Below are positions 33,701-46,613 of a stretch of 49,356 nt of DNA, piece by piece (the first letter of the stretch is position 1; every line of letters starts with the position of its first letter). This DNA is from Nemertoderma westbladi. Taxonomy: Eukaryota; Animalia; Xenacoelomorpha. The notes under the pieces are model-generated. The model searched no databases, was not told where the DNA came from, and saw nothing but the letters and a program-made list of their open reading frames with translations. The position numbers were made by a program, and so were the translations under genes. The stretch is taken from NCBI GenBank assembly GCA_032718475.1, contig JAUCBJ010008927.1, forward strand, positions 1 through 49,356, in the 5' to 3' direction.

Positions 33701-36700
33701 ATAATCCGGCTAAGGCATGGGACTTTATATTATAGTTAATGTTTTGTGTAATTTTAGTAGGATTCGATTGTCATCAATAATCCGGCTAAGGCATATGGGA
33801 CTTTATATTATAGTTAATGTTTTGTGTAATTTTAGTAGGATTCGATTGTCATCAATAATCCGGCTAAGGCATATGGGACTTTATATTATAGTTAATGTTT
33901 TGTGTAATTTTAGTAGGATTCGATTGACATCAATAATCCGGCTAAGGCATATGGGACTTTATATTATAGTTAATGTTTTGTGTAATTTTAGTAGGATTCG
34001 ATTGTCATCAATAATCCGGCTAAGGCATATGGGACTTTATATTATAGTTAATGTTTTGTGTAATTTTAGTAGGATTCGATTGTCATCAATAATCCGGCTA
34101 AGGCATATGGGACTTTATATTATAGTTAATGTTTTGTGTAATTTTAGTAGGATTCGATTGTCATCAATAATCCGGCTAAGGCATATGGGACTTTATATTA
34201 TAGTTAATGTTTTGTGTAATTTTAGTAGGATTCGATTGTCATCAATAATCCGGCTAAGGCATATGGGACTTTATATTATAGTTAATGTTTTGTGTAATTT
34301 TAGTAGGATTCGATTGTCATCAATAATCCGGCTAAGGCATGGGACTTTTTGTAATCAATAATCCGGCTAAGGCATGGGACTTTATATTATAGTTAATGTT
34401 TTGTGTAATTTTAGTAGGATTCGATTGTCATCAATAACCCGGCTAAGGCATATGGGACTTTATATTATAGTTAATGATTTGTGTAATTTTAGTAGGATTC
34501 GATTGTCATCAATAATCCGGCTAAGGCATGGGACTTTTTGTAATCAATAATCCGGCTAAGGCATGGGACTTTATATTATAGTTAATGTTTTGTGTAATTT
34601 CAGTAGGATTCGATTGTCATCAATAACCCGGCTAAGGCATATGGGACTTTATATTATAGTTAATGTTTTGTGTAATTTTAGTAGGATTCGATTGTCATCA
34701 ATAATCCGGCTAAGGCATATGGGACTTTATATTATAGTTAATGATTTGTGTAATTTTAGTAGGATTCAATTGTCATCAATAACCCAGCTAAGGCATGGGA
34801 CTTTATATTATAGTTAATGTTTTGTGTAATTTTAGTAGGATTCGATTGTCATCAATAATCCGGCTAAGGCATATGGGACTTTATATTATAGTTAATGTTT
34901 TGTGTAATTTTAGTAGGATTCGATTGTCATCAATAATCCGGCTAAGGCATATGGGACTTTATATTATAGTTAATGTTTTGTGTAATTTTAGTAGGATTCG
35001 ATTGTCATCAATAATCCGGCTAAGGCATATGGGACTTTATATTATAGTTAATGTTTTGTGTAATTTTAGTAGGATTCGATTGTCATCAATAATCCGGCTA
35101 AGGCATATGGGACTTTATATTATAGTTAATGTTTTGTGTAATTTTAGTAGGATTCGATTGTCATCAATAATCCGGCTAAGGCATATGGGACTTTATATTA
35201 TAGTTAATGTTTTGTGTAATTTTAGTAGGATTCGATTGTCATCAATAATCCGGCTAAGGCATATGGGACTTTATATTATAGTTAATGTTTTGTGTAATTT
35301 TAGTAGGATTCGATTGTCATCAATAATCCGGCTAAGGCATATGGGACTTTATATTATAGTTAATGTTTTGTGTAATTTTAGTAGGATTCGATTGTCATCA
35401 ATAATCCGGCTAAGGCATATGGGACTTTATATTATAGTTAATGTTTTGTGTAATTTTAGTAGGATTCGATTGTCATCAATAATCCGGCTAAGGCATATGG
35501 GACTTTATATTATAGTTAATGTTTTGTGTAATTTTAGTAGGATTCGATTGTCATCAATAATCCGGCTAAGGCATATGGGACTTTATATTATAGTTAATGT
35601 TTTGTGTAATTTTAGTAGGATTCGATTGTCATCAATAATCCGGCTAAGGCATGGGACTTTTTGTAATCAATAATCCGGCTAAGGCATGGGACTTTATATT
35701 ATAGTTAATGATTTGTGTAATTTTAGTAGGATTCGATTGTCATCAATAATCCGGCTAAGGCATGGGACTTTTTGTAATCAATAATCCGGCTAAGGCATAT
35801 GGGACTTTATATTATAGTTAATGATTTGTGTAATTTTAGTAGGATTCGATTGTCATCAATAATCCGGCTAAGGCATGGGACTTTTTGTAATCAATAATCC
35901 GGCTAAGGCATGGGACTTTATATTATAGTTAATGTTTTGTGTAATTTTAGTAGGATTCGATTGTCATCAATAACCCGGCTAAGGCATATGGGACTTTATA
36001 TTATAGTTAATGTTTTGTGTAATTTTAGTAGGATTCGATTGTCATCAATAATCCGGCTAAGGCATATGGGACTTTATATTATAGTTAATGATTTGTGTAA
36101 TTTTAGTAGGATTCGATTGTCATCAATAACCCAGCTAAGGCATGGGACTTTATATTATAGTTAATGTTTTGTGTAATTTTAGTAGGATTCGATTGTCATC
36201 AATAATCCGGCTAAGGCATATGGGACTTTATATTATAGTTAATGTTTTGTGTAATTTTAGTAGGATTCGATTGTCATCAATAACCCGGCTAAGGCATATG
36301 GGACTTTATATTATAGTTAATGTTTTGTGTAATTTTAGTAGGATTCGATTGTCATCAATAATCCGGCTAAGGCATATGGGACTTTATATTATAGTTAATG
36401 ATTTGTGTAATTTTAGTAGGATTCGATTGTCATCAATAACCCAGCTAAGGCATGGGACTTTATATTATAGTTAATGTTTTGTGTAATTTTAGTAGGATTC
36501 GATTGTCATCAATAATCCGGCTAAGGCATATGGGACTTTATATTATAGTTAATGTTTTGTGTAATTTTAGTAGGATTCGATTGTCATCAATAATCCGGCT
36601 AAGGCATGGGACTTTATATTATAGTTAATGATTTGTGTAATTTTAGTAGGATTCGATTGTCATCAATAATCCGGCTAAGGCATATGGGACTTTATATTAT

Positions 36701-39700
36701 AGTTAATGTTTTGTGTAATTTTAGTAGGATTCGATTGTCATCAATAATCCGGCTAAGGCATATGGGACTTTATATTATAGTTAATGTTTTGTGTAATTTT
36801 AGTAGGATTCGATTGTCATCAATAATCCGGCTAAGGCATATGGGACTTTATATTATAGTTAATGTTTTGTGTAATTTTAGTAGGATTCGATTGTCATCAA
36901 TAATCCGGCTAAGGCATGGGACTTTATATTATAGTTAATGTTTTGTGTAATTTTAGTAGGATTCGATTGTCATCAATAACCCAGCTAAGGCATGGGACTT
37001 TATATTATAGTTAATGTTTTGTGTAATTTTAGTAGGATTCGATTGTCATCAATAACCCAGCTAAGGCATGGGACTTTATATTATAGTTAATGTTTTGTGT
37101 AATTTTAGTAGGATTCGATTGTCATCAATAATCCGGCTAAGGCATATGGGACTTTATATTATAGTTAATGTTTTGTGTAATTTTAGTAGGATTCGATTGT
37201 CATCAATAACCCAGCTAAGGCATGGGACTTTATATTATAGTTAATGTTTTGTGTAATTTTAGTAGGATTCGATTGTCATCAATAACCCAGCTAAGGCATG
37301 GGACTTTATATTATAGTTAATGTTTTGTGTAATTTTAGTAGGATTCGATTGTCATCAATAATCCGGCTAAGGCATATGGGACTTTATATTATAGTTAATG
37401 TTTTGTGTAATTTTAGTAGGATTCGATTGTCATCAATAACCCAGCTAAGGCATGGGACTTTATATTATAGTTAATGTTTTGTGTAATTTTAGTAGGATTC
37501 GATTGTCATCAATAACCCAGCTAAGGCATGGGACTTTATATTATAGTTAATGTTTTGTGTAATTTTAGTAGGATTCGATTGTCATCAATAATCCGGCTAA
37601 GGCATATGGGACTTTATATTATAGTTAATGTTTTGTGTAATTTTAGTAGGATTCGATTGTCATCAATAACCCGGCTAAGGCATGGGACTTTATATTATAG
37701 TTAATGTTTTGTGTAATTTTAGTAGGATTCGATTGTCATCAATAATCCGGCTAAGGCATGGGACTTTATATTATAGTTAATGTTTTGTGTAATTTTAGTA
37801 GGATTCGATTGTCATCAATAATCCGGCTAAGGCATATGGGACTTTATATTATAGTTAATGTTTTGTGTAATTTTAGTAGGATTCGATTGTCATCAATAAT
37901 CCGGCTAAGGCATGGGACTTTATATTATAGTTAATGATTTGTGTAATTTTAGTAGGATTCGATTGTCATCAATAACCCGGCTAAGGCATATGGGACTTTA
38001 TATTATAGTTAATGTTTTGTGTAATTTTAGTAGGATTCGATTGTCATCAATAACCCGGCTAAGGCATATGGGACTTTATATTATAGTTAATGTTTTGTGT
38101 AATTTTAGTAGGATTCGATTGTCATCAATAACCCGGCTAAGGCATATGGGACTTTATATTATAGTTAATGATTTGTGTAATTTTAGTAGGATTCGATTGT
38201 CATCAATAATCCGGCTAAGGCATATGGGACTTTATATTATAGTTAATGTTTTGTGTAATTTTAGTAGGATTCGATTGTCATCAATAACCCAGCTAAGGCA
38301 TGGGACTTTATATTATAGTTAATGTTTTGTGTAATTTTAGTAGGATTCGATTGTCATCAATAATCCGGCTAAGGCATATGGGACTTTATATTATAGTTAA
38401 TGATTTGTGTAATTTTAGTAGGATTCGATTGTCATCAATAATCCGGCTAAGGCATATGGGACTTTATATTATAGTTAATGTTTTGTGTAATTTTAGTAGG
38501 ATTCGATTGTCATCAATAACCCGGCTAAGGCATATGGGACTTTATATTATAGTTAATGATTTGTGTAATTTTAGTAGGATTCGATTGTCATCAATAATCC
38601 GGCTAAGGCATATGGGACTTTATATTATAGTTAATGTTTTGTGTAATTTTAGTAGGATTCGATTGTCATCAATAACCCAGCTAAGGCATGGGACTTTATA
38701 TTATAGTTAATGTTTTGTGTAATTTTAGTAGGATTCGATTGTCATCAATAATCCGGCTAAGGCATATGGGACTTTATATTATAGTTAATGTTTTGTGTAA
38801 TTTTAGTAGGATTCGATTGTCATCAATAACCCAGCTAAGGCATGGGACTTTATATTATAGTTAATGTTTTGTGTAATTTTAGTAGGATTCGATTGTCATC
38901 AATAACCCGGCTAAGGCATATGGGACTTTATATTATAGTTAATGATTTGTGTAATTTTAGTAGGATTCGATTGTCATCAATAATCCGGCTAAGGCATATG
39001 GGACTTTATATTATAGTTAATGTTTTGTGTAATTTTAGTAGGATTCGATTGTCATCAATAACCCAGCTAAGGCATGGGACTTTATATTATAGTTAATGTT
39101 TTGTGTAATTTTAGTAGGATTCGATTGTCATCAATAATCCGGCTAAGGCATATGGGACTTTATATTATAGTTAATGTTTTGTGTAATTTTAGTAGGATTC
39201 GATTGTCATCAATAACCCAGCTAAGGCATGGGACTTTATATTATAGTTAATGTTTTGTGTAATTTTAGTAGGATTCGATTGTCATCAATAATCCGGCTAA
39301 GGCATATGGGACTTTATATTATAGTTAATGTTTTGTGTAATTTTAGTAGGATTCGATTGTCATCAATAACCCGGCTAAGGCATGGGACTTTATATTATAG
39401 TTAATGTTTTGTGTAATTTTAGTAGGATTCGATTGTCATCAATAACCCAGCTAAGGCATGGGACTTTATATTATAGTTAATGTTTTGTGTAATTTTAGTA
39501 GGATTCGATTGTCATCAATAACCCAGCTAAGGCATGGGACTTTATATTATAGTTAATGTTTTGTGTAATTTTAGTAGGATTCGATTGTCATCAATAATCC
39601 GGCTAAGGCATATGGGACTTTATATTATAGTTAATGTTTTGTGTAATTTTAGTAGGATTCGATTGTCATCAATAACCCAGCTAAGGCATGGGACTTTATA

Positions 39701-41514
39701 TTATAGTTAATGTTTTGTGTAATTTTAGTAGGATTCGATTGTCATCAATAATCCGGCTAAGGCATGGGACTTTATATTATAGTTAATGTTTTGTGTAATT
39801 TTAGTAGGATTCGATTGTCATCAATAATCCGGCTAAGGCATATGGGACTTTATATTATAGTTAATGTTTTGTGTAATTTTAGTAGGATTCGATTGTCATC
39901 AATAACCCAGCTAAGGCATGGGACTTTATATTATAGTTAATGTTTTGTGTAATTTTAGTAGGATTCGATTGTCATCAATAACCCAGCTAAGGCATGGGAC
40001 TTTATATTATAGTTAATGTTTTGTGTAATTTTAGTAGGATTCGATTGTCATCAATAATCCGGCTAAGGCATATGGGACTTTATATTATAGTTAATGTTTT
40101 GTGTAATTTTAGTAGGATTCGATTGTCATCAATAACCCAGCTAAGGCATGGGACTTTATATTATAGTTAATGTTTTGTGTAATTTTAGTAGGATTCGATT
40201 GTCATCAATAACCCAGCTAAGGCATGGGACTTTATATTATAGTTAATGTTTTGTGTAATTTTAGTAGGATTCGATTGTCATCAATAATCCGGCTAAGGCA
40301 TATGGGACTTTATATTATAGTTAATGTTTTGTGTAATTTTAGTAGGATTCGATTGTCATCAATAACCCAGCTAAGGCATGGGACTTTATATTATAGTTAA
40401 TGTTTTGTGTAATTTTAGTAGGATTCGATTGTCATCAATAATCCGGCTAAGGCATATGGGACTTTATATTATAGTTAATGTTTTGTGTAATTTTAGTAGG
40501 ATTCGATTGTCATCAATGATCCGGCTAAGGCATATGGGACTTTATATTATAGTTAATGTTTTGTGTAATTTTAGTAGGATTCGATTGTCATCAATAATCC
40601 GGCTAAGGCATGGGACTTTTTGTAATCAATAATCCGGCTAAGGCATGGGACTTTATATTATAGTTAATGTTTTGTGTAATTTTAGTAGGATTCGATTGTC
40701 ATCAATAATCCGGCTAAGGCATATGGGACTTTATATTATAGTTAATGTTTTGTGTAATTTTAGTAGGATTCGATTGTCATCAATAACCCAGCTAAGGCAT
40801 GGGACTTTATATTATAGTTAATGTTTTGTGTAATTTTAGTAGGATTCGATTGTCATCAATGATCCGGCTAAGGCATATGGGACTTTATATTATAGTTAAT
40901 GTTTTGTGTAATTTTAGTAGGATTCGATTGTCATCAATAATCCGGCTAAGGCATGGGACTTTATATTATAGTTAATGATTTGTGTAATTTTAGTAGGATT
41001 CGATTGTCATCAATAATCCGGCTAAGGCATATGGGACTTTATATTATAGTTAATGTTTTGTGTAATTTTAGTAGGATTCGATTGTCATCAATAATCCGGC
41101 TAAGGCATGGGACTTTTTGTAATCAATAATCCGGCTAAGGCATGGGACTTTATATTATAGTTAATGTTTTGTGTAATTTTAGTAGGATTCGATTGTCATC
41201 AATAACCCAGCTAAGGCATGGGACTTTATATTATAGTTAATGATTTGTGTAATTTTAGTAGGATTCGATTGTCATCAATAATCAGGCTAAGGCATATGGG
41301 ACTTTATATTATAGTTAATGTTTTGTGTAATTTTAGTAGGATTCGATTGTCATCAATAACCCAGCTAAGGCATGGGACTTTATATTATAGTTAATGTTTT
41401 GTGTAATTTTAGTAGGATTCGATTGTCATCAATAATCCGGCTAAGGCATATGGGACTTTATATTATAGTTAATGATTTGTGTAATTTTAGTAGGATTCGA
41501 TTGTCATCAATAAC
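24720..41514. repeat. Satellite array, ~16.8 kb, 76/78-bp monomers with interspersed 35-bp short units
   Basis: Monomer GGGACTTTATATTATAGTTAATGTTTTGTGTAATTTTAGTAGGATTCGATTGTCATCAATAATCCGGCTAAGGCAT(AT); short unit GGGACTTTTTGTAATCAATAACCCGGCTAAGGCAT. Roughly 220 units by length. Confidence 0.99.
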
Positions 41515-41602
41515 TACTGATACGGTACTGCGGTACCGTATTACTGTACTGGCAGACTGGTAACAGAGAAACACAGACTGACAAGAAAGTCTCGTTATTG
41601 AA

Positions 41603-41833
41603 ATTTCGGCCTAGATTTCGGCCAAGATTTCGGCTTAGATTTCAGCTTAGATTTCGGCCAAGATTTCGGCTTAGATTTCGGCCAAGATTCTAAGCCGAAA
41701 TCTTGGCCGAAAACTAAGCCGAAATCTTGGCCGAAAACTAAGCCGAAATCTTGGCCGAAATCTAGGCCGAAATCTTGGCCGAAATCTAGGCCGAAATCTA
41801 GGCCGAAATCTTGGCCGAAATCTAGGCCGAAAT
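41603..41833. repeat. 12-bp minisatellite with internal inversion (foldback)
   Basis: 7 copies of ATTTCGGCYWAG-type units (41603-41686), a 3-bp spacer, then 12 reverse-complement CTWRGCCGAAAW units (41690-41833). Confidence 0.95.
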
Positions 41834-41884
41834 CTAAACCAGTCGCCGAGAATCTGAACCAGTCGCCGACATTTTCATATTTTT

Positions 41885-42620
41885 GAAACCCACGGCGCCC
41901 ATAGCTCTGGCTGTCCTCATTGCGTAATCCAGTACATTAACAAATAGTTATGATGCCAATGTGTCACCTTGCATTACGCCAGCCAGGATGGAGAAGAAAT
42001 CAGTTTTAAAATCTGGTGAGAATACCTGAGCTTCTGTGTCACAATATAACAATCCAATGCCAGCAACAATTACTTCTGGTATTCCATAAACTCTTAGGAT
42101 TTCCAGCATTTTACCTCTATGGATTGAGTCTAATGTTTTCTCGAAGTCCGCAAATGTCAGGACAGCGGGGAGATTCTTTGACTTAATTCCCTCAATCAGT
42201 CACCGTAACGCTAGTATTTGAGCTATATTGATTTATTTTGTCTAAAATCATGTTAGGTACTCTCACACAGTAGTTTCTCCATCTATGTGAGGTCTAATTA
42301 TATAGAGAATAATTTTATTGTAGATTTTGGCAGTTACCACAAGCAGACCTACGATAGTTTGTTTGTATACCGAAGTTTATTTTCTTGCGGAGAGGCTTTA
42401 GTTGACCTTTAGTCCAATTTGGTGGTGGCTTTTCCCTTTTCAGCATCCAATTTCAAACATCCTATAATGGTATGTCCACTGATCTTGTTTTCCATTCCTC
42501 TGCATGGATTCCATCTAATCCACTCGCTTTATGATATGATTGGACATACTTTTAATGCTTCCCTGTAGTTTGGGGTAGTCCCATGTTTCTATTGGTAACG
42601 CCTTGTCATATTTATCAGTA
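41885..42620 (-). mobile_element. Decayed RTE-like LINE reverse transcriptase fragment
   Basis: Minus strand reads KASGLDGIHAEEWK, NYR, AQILALR*LIEGIKSKNLPAVLTFADFEKTLDSIHRGKMLEILRVYGIP, and ILAGVMQGDTLA..LDYAMR. Confidence 0.85.
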
Positions 42621-43152
42621 ATAATGTCTATAATATAGTATATTCAATTAAAATTGTTTAATACAAATTAACGGAATTAAATAAATTCAACAACATTATT
42701 GTATACCAACGCCAAATAAACGAGTAGTTTGTTTATAATAAATCAAGCTGATTCCTGATTTAAATCTATAAAGACATTTTGTAGTTTATGAATGTGTGAA
42801 TCAAACTTCGAATATAATAAATACATCATAGACAATTTTCACATCAGTCAGATAATCAATATTTCTGCTTCGTTGAATTCAATAAACGAGTGATCAAAAC
42901 GGATATCGATCCTGACGTTTTGAGACGGGGACCCGAGGAACTAAATAGTGCAGTATATTTGTGAATTGTGAAATAGTGTCAGTGTGTCATTAGTATTAAA
43001 AACTAAACTAAAGTTGATTAAATATAAACTTATGCCCCGTGTCCTACTGATTGTAAGTGGAAATTAAATGTATATGCAAGGAGTGTGGGGCGAGACACGT
43101 ATGGCGAGCCATCAGCGAACTGATATAATTATACTATGGCCGTTTTTCAAAA

Positions 43153-43155
<3 letters not shown>

Positions 43156-43189
<34 letters not shown>

Positions 43190-43200
43190 AGTGTGTGTGT
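43156..43200. repeat. (GT)n microsatellite
   Basis: Direct read. Confidence 0.95.
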
Positions 43201-43935
43201 CGGAAGCCATAAATGACGGAAGCCATAATCGAAGTTAATATCTTCAGCTAAATTGTATGGTTGAATCGAATTATTTCGATTCTTCTATCGGTAATTAATT
43301 ATTTAGGGGGGTAACATTTATCCCATCTGGTATAAAATTAACATGGGTAGATTCGCCGTGTCCCATTCTATCAAAGTCCTTACTTTATACTCGAGATTAA
43401 TGTCAAGTTTTATAGTTATTTATTGATTTACAATTAAAATTGCATTTTTATCAATTAATTCACACGCAGGCTCTAACCGCCTAATGACAGTCAATACGGA
43501 GTAATTCCTTCCCGTGTCTTAGCAACGCTGAGAATGTCCTGGCCTGTTAGAGGCAGACTGCTGCTATGCTGGTAGGATAGCATTAATTCCCTATCCATTC
43601 ACTCACTCTCCATAGAACTGGCTGACGGGGGGGTGTGTGTGTGTTTAGGTATCAGTTATTCATTGACATTAATATTATTACTAAAGAAGGAATAGTGCTC
43701 CTTCAATACATCTCAACAGACATCAATTCATTGCCTGTGCCTACCAACGCGTGCTCCATAACATAACAACATATATCCTTGATTTCCATCACCTCTCACC
43801 ACAATTATTATTAGTAATTAAAAGTTTCAATTCGGTCTGTCGTTCCGTTATCTGGTTATTCAGTTATTGCATTATTAATAAATAAATGTTTTAAAATATA
43901 TCTTACGAAATATGGTTAATAATTAAAACTTGTCG

Positions 43936-44590
43936 CTAACATTCTCTCTATGGGGGTTTTAAGGAGTGCTGATTACATTTCTGATGTCAGTTTTCACGTT
44001 TACATAAATCTAGTCAGTCTGTCAAAACATAAAAGAGAATTCAAATTAACTAACATTCTCGCTATGGGGGTTTTAAGGGGTGCTAATTTCATTTCTGATG
44101 TCAGTTTTCAGGTTTACATAAATCTAGACTGTCTGTTTGTCGGTCTTTCTGTCAGTCAGTCAGTCTGTCAAAACTTAAAAAAGAATACAAACTAACTAAC
44201 ATTCTCGTTATGGGGGTTTTAATGGGTGCTAATTTTATTTCAGATGTCAGTTTTCACGTTTAAAAAAATCTAGTCTGTCTGTCTGTCGGTCATTCTGTCA
44301 GTCAGTCTGTCAAAACATAAAAGATAATTCAAATTAACTAACATTCTCGCTATGGGGGTTTTAAGGGTTGCTGATTTCATTTCTGATGTCAGTTTACACG
44401 TTTACATAAATCTAGTCTGTCTGTCTGTCGGTCATTCTGTCAGTTAGTCTGTCAAAACATAAAAGAGAATTCAAATTAACTAACATTCTCGCTATGGGGG
44501 TTTTAAGGGTTGCTGATTTCATTTCTGATGTCAGTTTACACGTTTACATAAATCTAGTCTGTCTGTCTGTCGGTCTCTCTGTCAGTCTGA
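43936..44590. repeat. Five-unit tandem repeat (114-146 bp) with (GTCT)n tracts; Helitron/HINE-like internal array
   Basis: CTAACATTCTC..ATGGGGGTTTTAA.GG.GCT.ATTT starts at 43936, 44050, 44196, 44338 and 44480. Length variation lies in the GTCT/GTCA tract. Confidence 0.85.
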
Positions 44591-44765
44591 ACTACTGTTC
44601 TGTGGTTGGCATTACGCCATATACCTAACACTAATAACACAGTCTACAATACAGCCTATCTACAGTACAGAATGGATTTTTTGCCACGAAGAGCAATAAA
44701 TGTCATTAATACTATCCACCAGTATACCTACTCCAAGAGCCTTCCAATAAAACATGTATTCCAGC

Positions 44766-44837
44766 ATGACGTCCACTGCACGTCTTCGTGCTGTCCATGG
44801 TGACGTGCAGTGGACGTCATAGGCTCTAAGGGGTTAA
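44766..44837. mobile_element. piggyBac-like terminus with a subterminal 19-bp perfect inverted repeat
   Basis: ATGACGTCCACTGCACGTC (44766-44784) / GACGTGCAGTGGACGTCAT (44802-44820), then AGGCTCTAAGGGG|TTAA. The other end was not found. Confidence 0.6.
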
Positions 44838-45211
44838 GCAACACGGTCCCTACTTCGCCCTGTCGACACCCCAGCCATTTTTCACCAATCCTTTTTTAGA
44901 GTTTTTTAATTTTTTTGGTATTGGTGAAAGTTCTACAACATTAGTAGATATGTTTTTTATGATAGCTAGTGTTTTTTTGCTAGCTAGTATTTTTTGAAAT
45001 TATAAAAAATGTGAAAGTCCATGATATTTCAGGTTAAACTGTTGAAGAATATATTAATGACCAAAATAATTTCCAAAAATTACTAGCTAGTAAAAAATAC
45101 TAGCTATATACCATTAAAAATCTACTAAGGTTCTAGAATATTCACTAATATAAAAAAAGCACTCAAATCACAAAAAATAAAGGTTAAAAAACTCATTCGG
45201 GACCCTTTTGC
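44838..45211. mobile_element. TTAA-flanked MITE with long imperfect inverted arms
   Basis: TTAA|GCAACACGGTCCC ... GGGACCCTTTTGC|TTAA. Internal arms TTGGTGAAAGTTCTAC..GCTAGCTAGTATTTTT and AAAAATTACTAGCTAGT..CTAGAATATTCACTAA. Confidence 0.75.
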
Positions 45212-45854
45212 TTAAGGAGTCAAAATTGTAGAACAAATTCCCGAAGTTTGCGACGTTTGCGAAATTCGCGAAGAATCCGTCAGTTTCTGTGCCCTAATGA
45301 TTTCGTGACGAAACAATCAAATCTTACACACTTAACACACGCGAACTAATTGAATGTGTGTATTAGTATGCATGAATCATTAAATAGAAATTAAATTAAT
45401 GAACGCTATTTCAACATGAAATCTACGGAATCAATACACAACACACGCACACTACTGAATTTAAAAATTTATATAGATTGCAACTTTTATTTGGCTACCT
45501 TTTAGGCCTAATGGGTGACTAATTTAATTCTTCACCCCTATATATTTGTAGCCTTTTTAATTTGTGCCTCTAATTGAATCAAACATTAAACTAAAATATA
45601 TGTCACAATATTGGTCTGTCGGTAGCTGGTCAATGAATCTCTCATAAATTTGTTAATTAGTCGCTGCTCAGTCATTGAACATTTGAACACGTGCTGCTCG
45701 AAGACCCCACAACGTGTATTCACTGTCGTCTAAAATGTTAACTTCTCTCAAGTTGAAGTCTCTCAGTCACTGAATTACATCGGTGTGAATTGTAAGCGGA
45801 TTCAATTCCGCCTCAAAACCCTCATAAAATGGGAAAGTGGGATTTTCAGCAATA

Positions 45855-46131
45855 TGTTGGAGATACGAGATTAGCAATAATTAATCTCGTATCAAAACCA
45901 ACATCGGGGGACAGTACAGAGTACAAACCCCGAAGCCACATACAAAGGGAGGTTAGAGGTCAAACCACCTCGGAGGGGAGACAGCTAGCAGGGGCTAACA
46001 ACAGGGGGAAACACTCCCAGAGAGTGGAAAGGCGTGAAGTAGGTTATTAGCCAATAGGGGCGAAGGAGAGCATCCACTAGGTAGCAGACAAGGTAATGTA
46101 GGAGTGAAGTAATCACGTATTATCTCATACA
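45855..46131. mobile_element. Possible solo LTR
   Basis: TGTTGGAGATA ... TATCTCATACA (9/11 inverted, TG..CA), purine-skewed interior with CCAAT. No matching TSD. Confidence 0.3.
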
Positions 46132-46613
46132 TACTGGTTTATGATTCAGTTACCCAAATTGTCAGTTTCAGTGCAAACCGGCATTATTGTCTTACCGTCA
46201 TCACAGTGCTGTTACATATTATCTCTATATCGCTATTATCGGTTCTGTCATTTACTGTGCTATCATTACCAATTTATTATATAATCGGGACAAAGGAACA
46301 TCAAACTCAAACATTTTCTCCATCCTGCCATCAGCCTGCTGTGACGCGTACAAACTTAACCCGGTCGGGATACCTTGATCCCGTCACATGAATTGATTAA
46401 AGAATCTAATCAAAACAAGGGATCGATCGTGGCATTGGGATAAATGATGAGTAAAGGAAAGGTCACGGTGTATAATTCATTAGTTTTTGGCAAATACTCA
46501 ACAATACCGAATACCAGTTGGACATCAATCAGATTATCGATGACAATAATAATATTAGGCTACCTGCTACAGACCAAAATCGTCAGAAACAGTTACTAAA
46601 TATTACCATGTAT

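Noticed and set aside
24720-41514. CRISPR-like array
   Set aside because: No unique spacers (only a few recurring SNP variants), no cas genes, and a eukaryotic context.
24947-41563. Many ORFs made of MGLYIIVNVLCNFSRIRLSSIIRLRH repeats
   Set aside because: Artefact of a 78-bp stop-free monomer. The frame breaks at every 76- or 35-bp unit, so there is no sign of coding selection.
43950-44195. 81-aa ORF with an internal repeat
   Set aside because: Translation of the non-coding tandem repeat; the frame is not preserved in later units.
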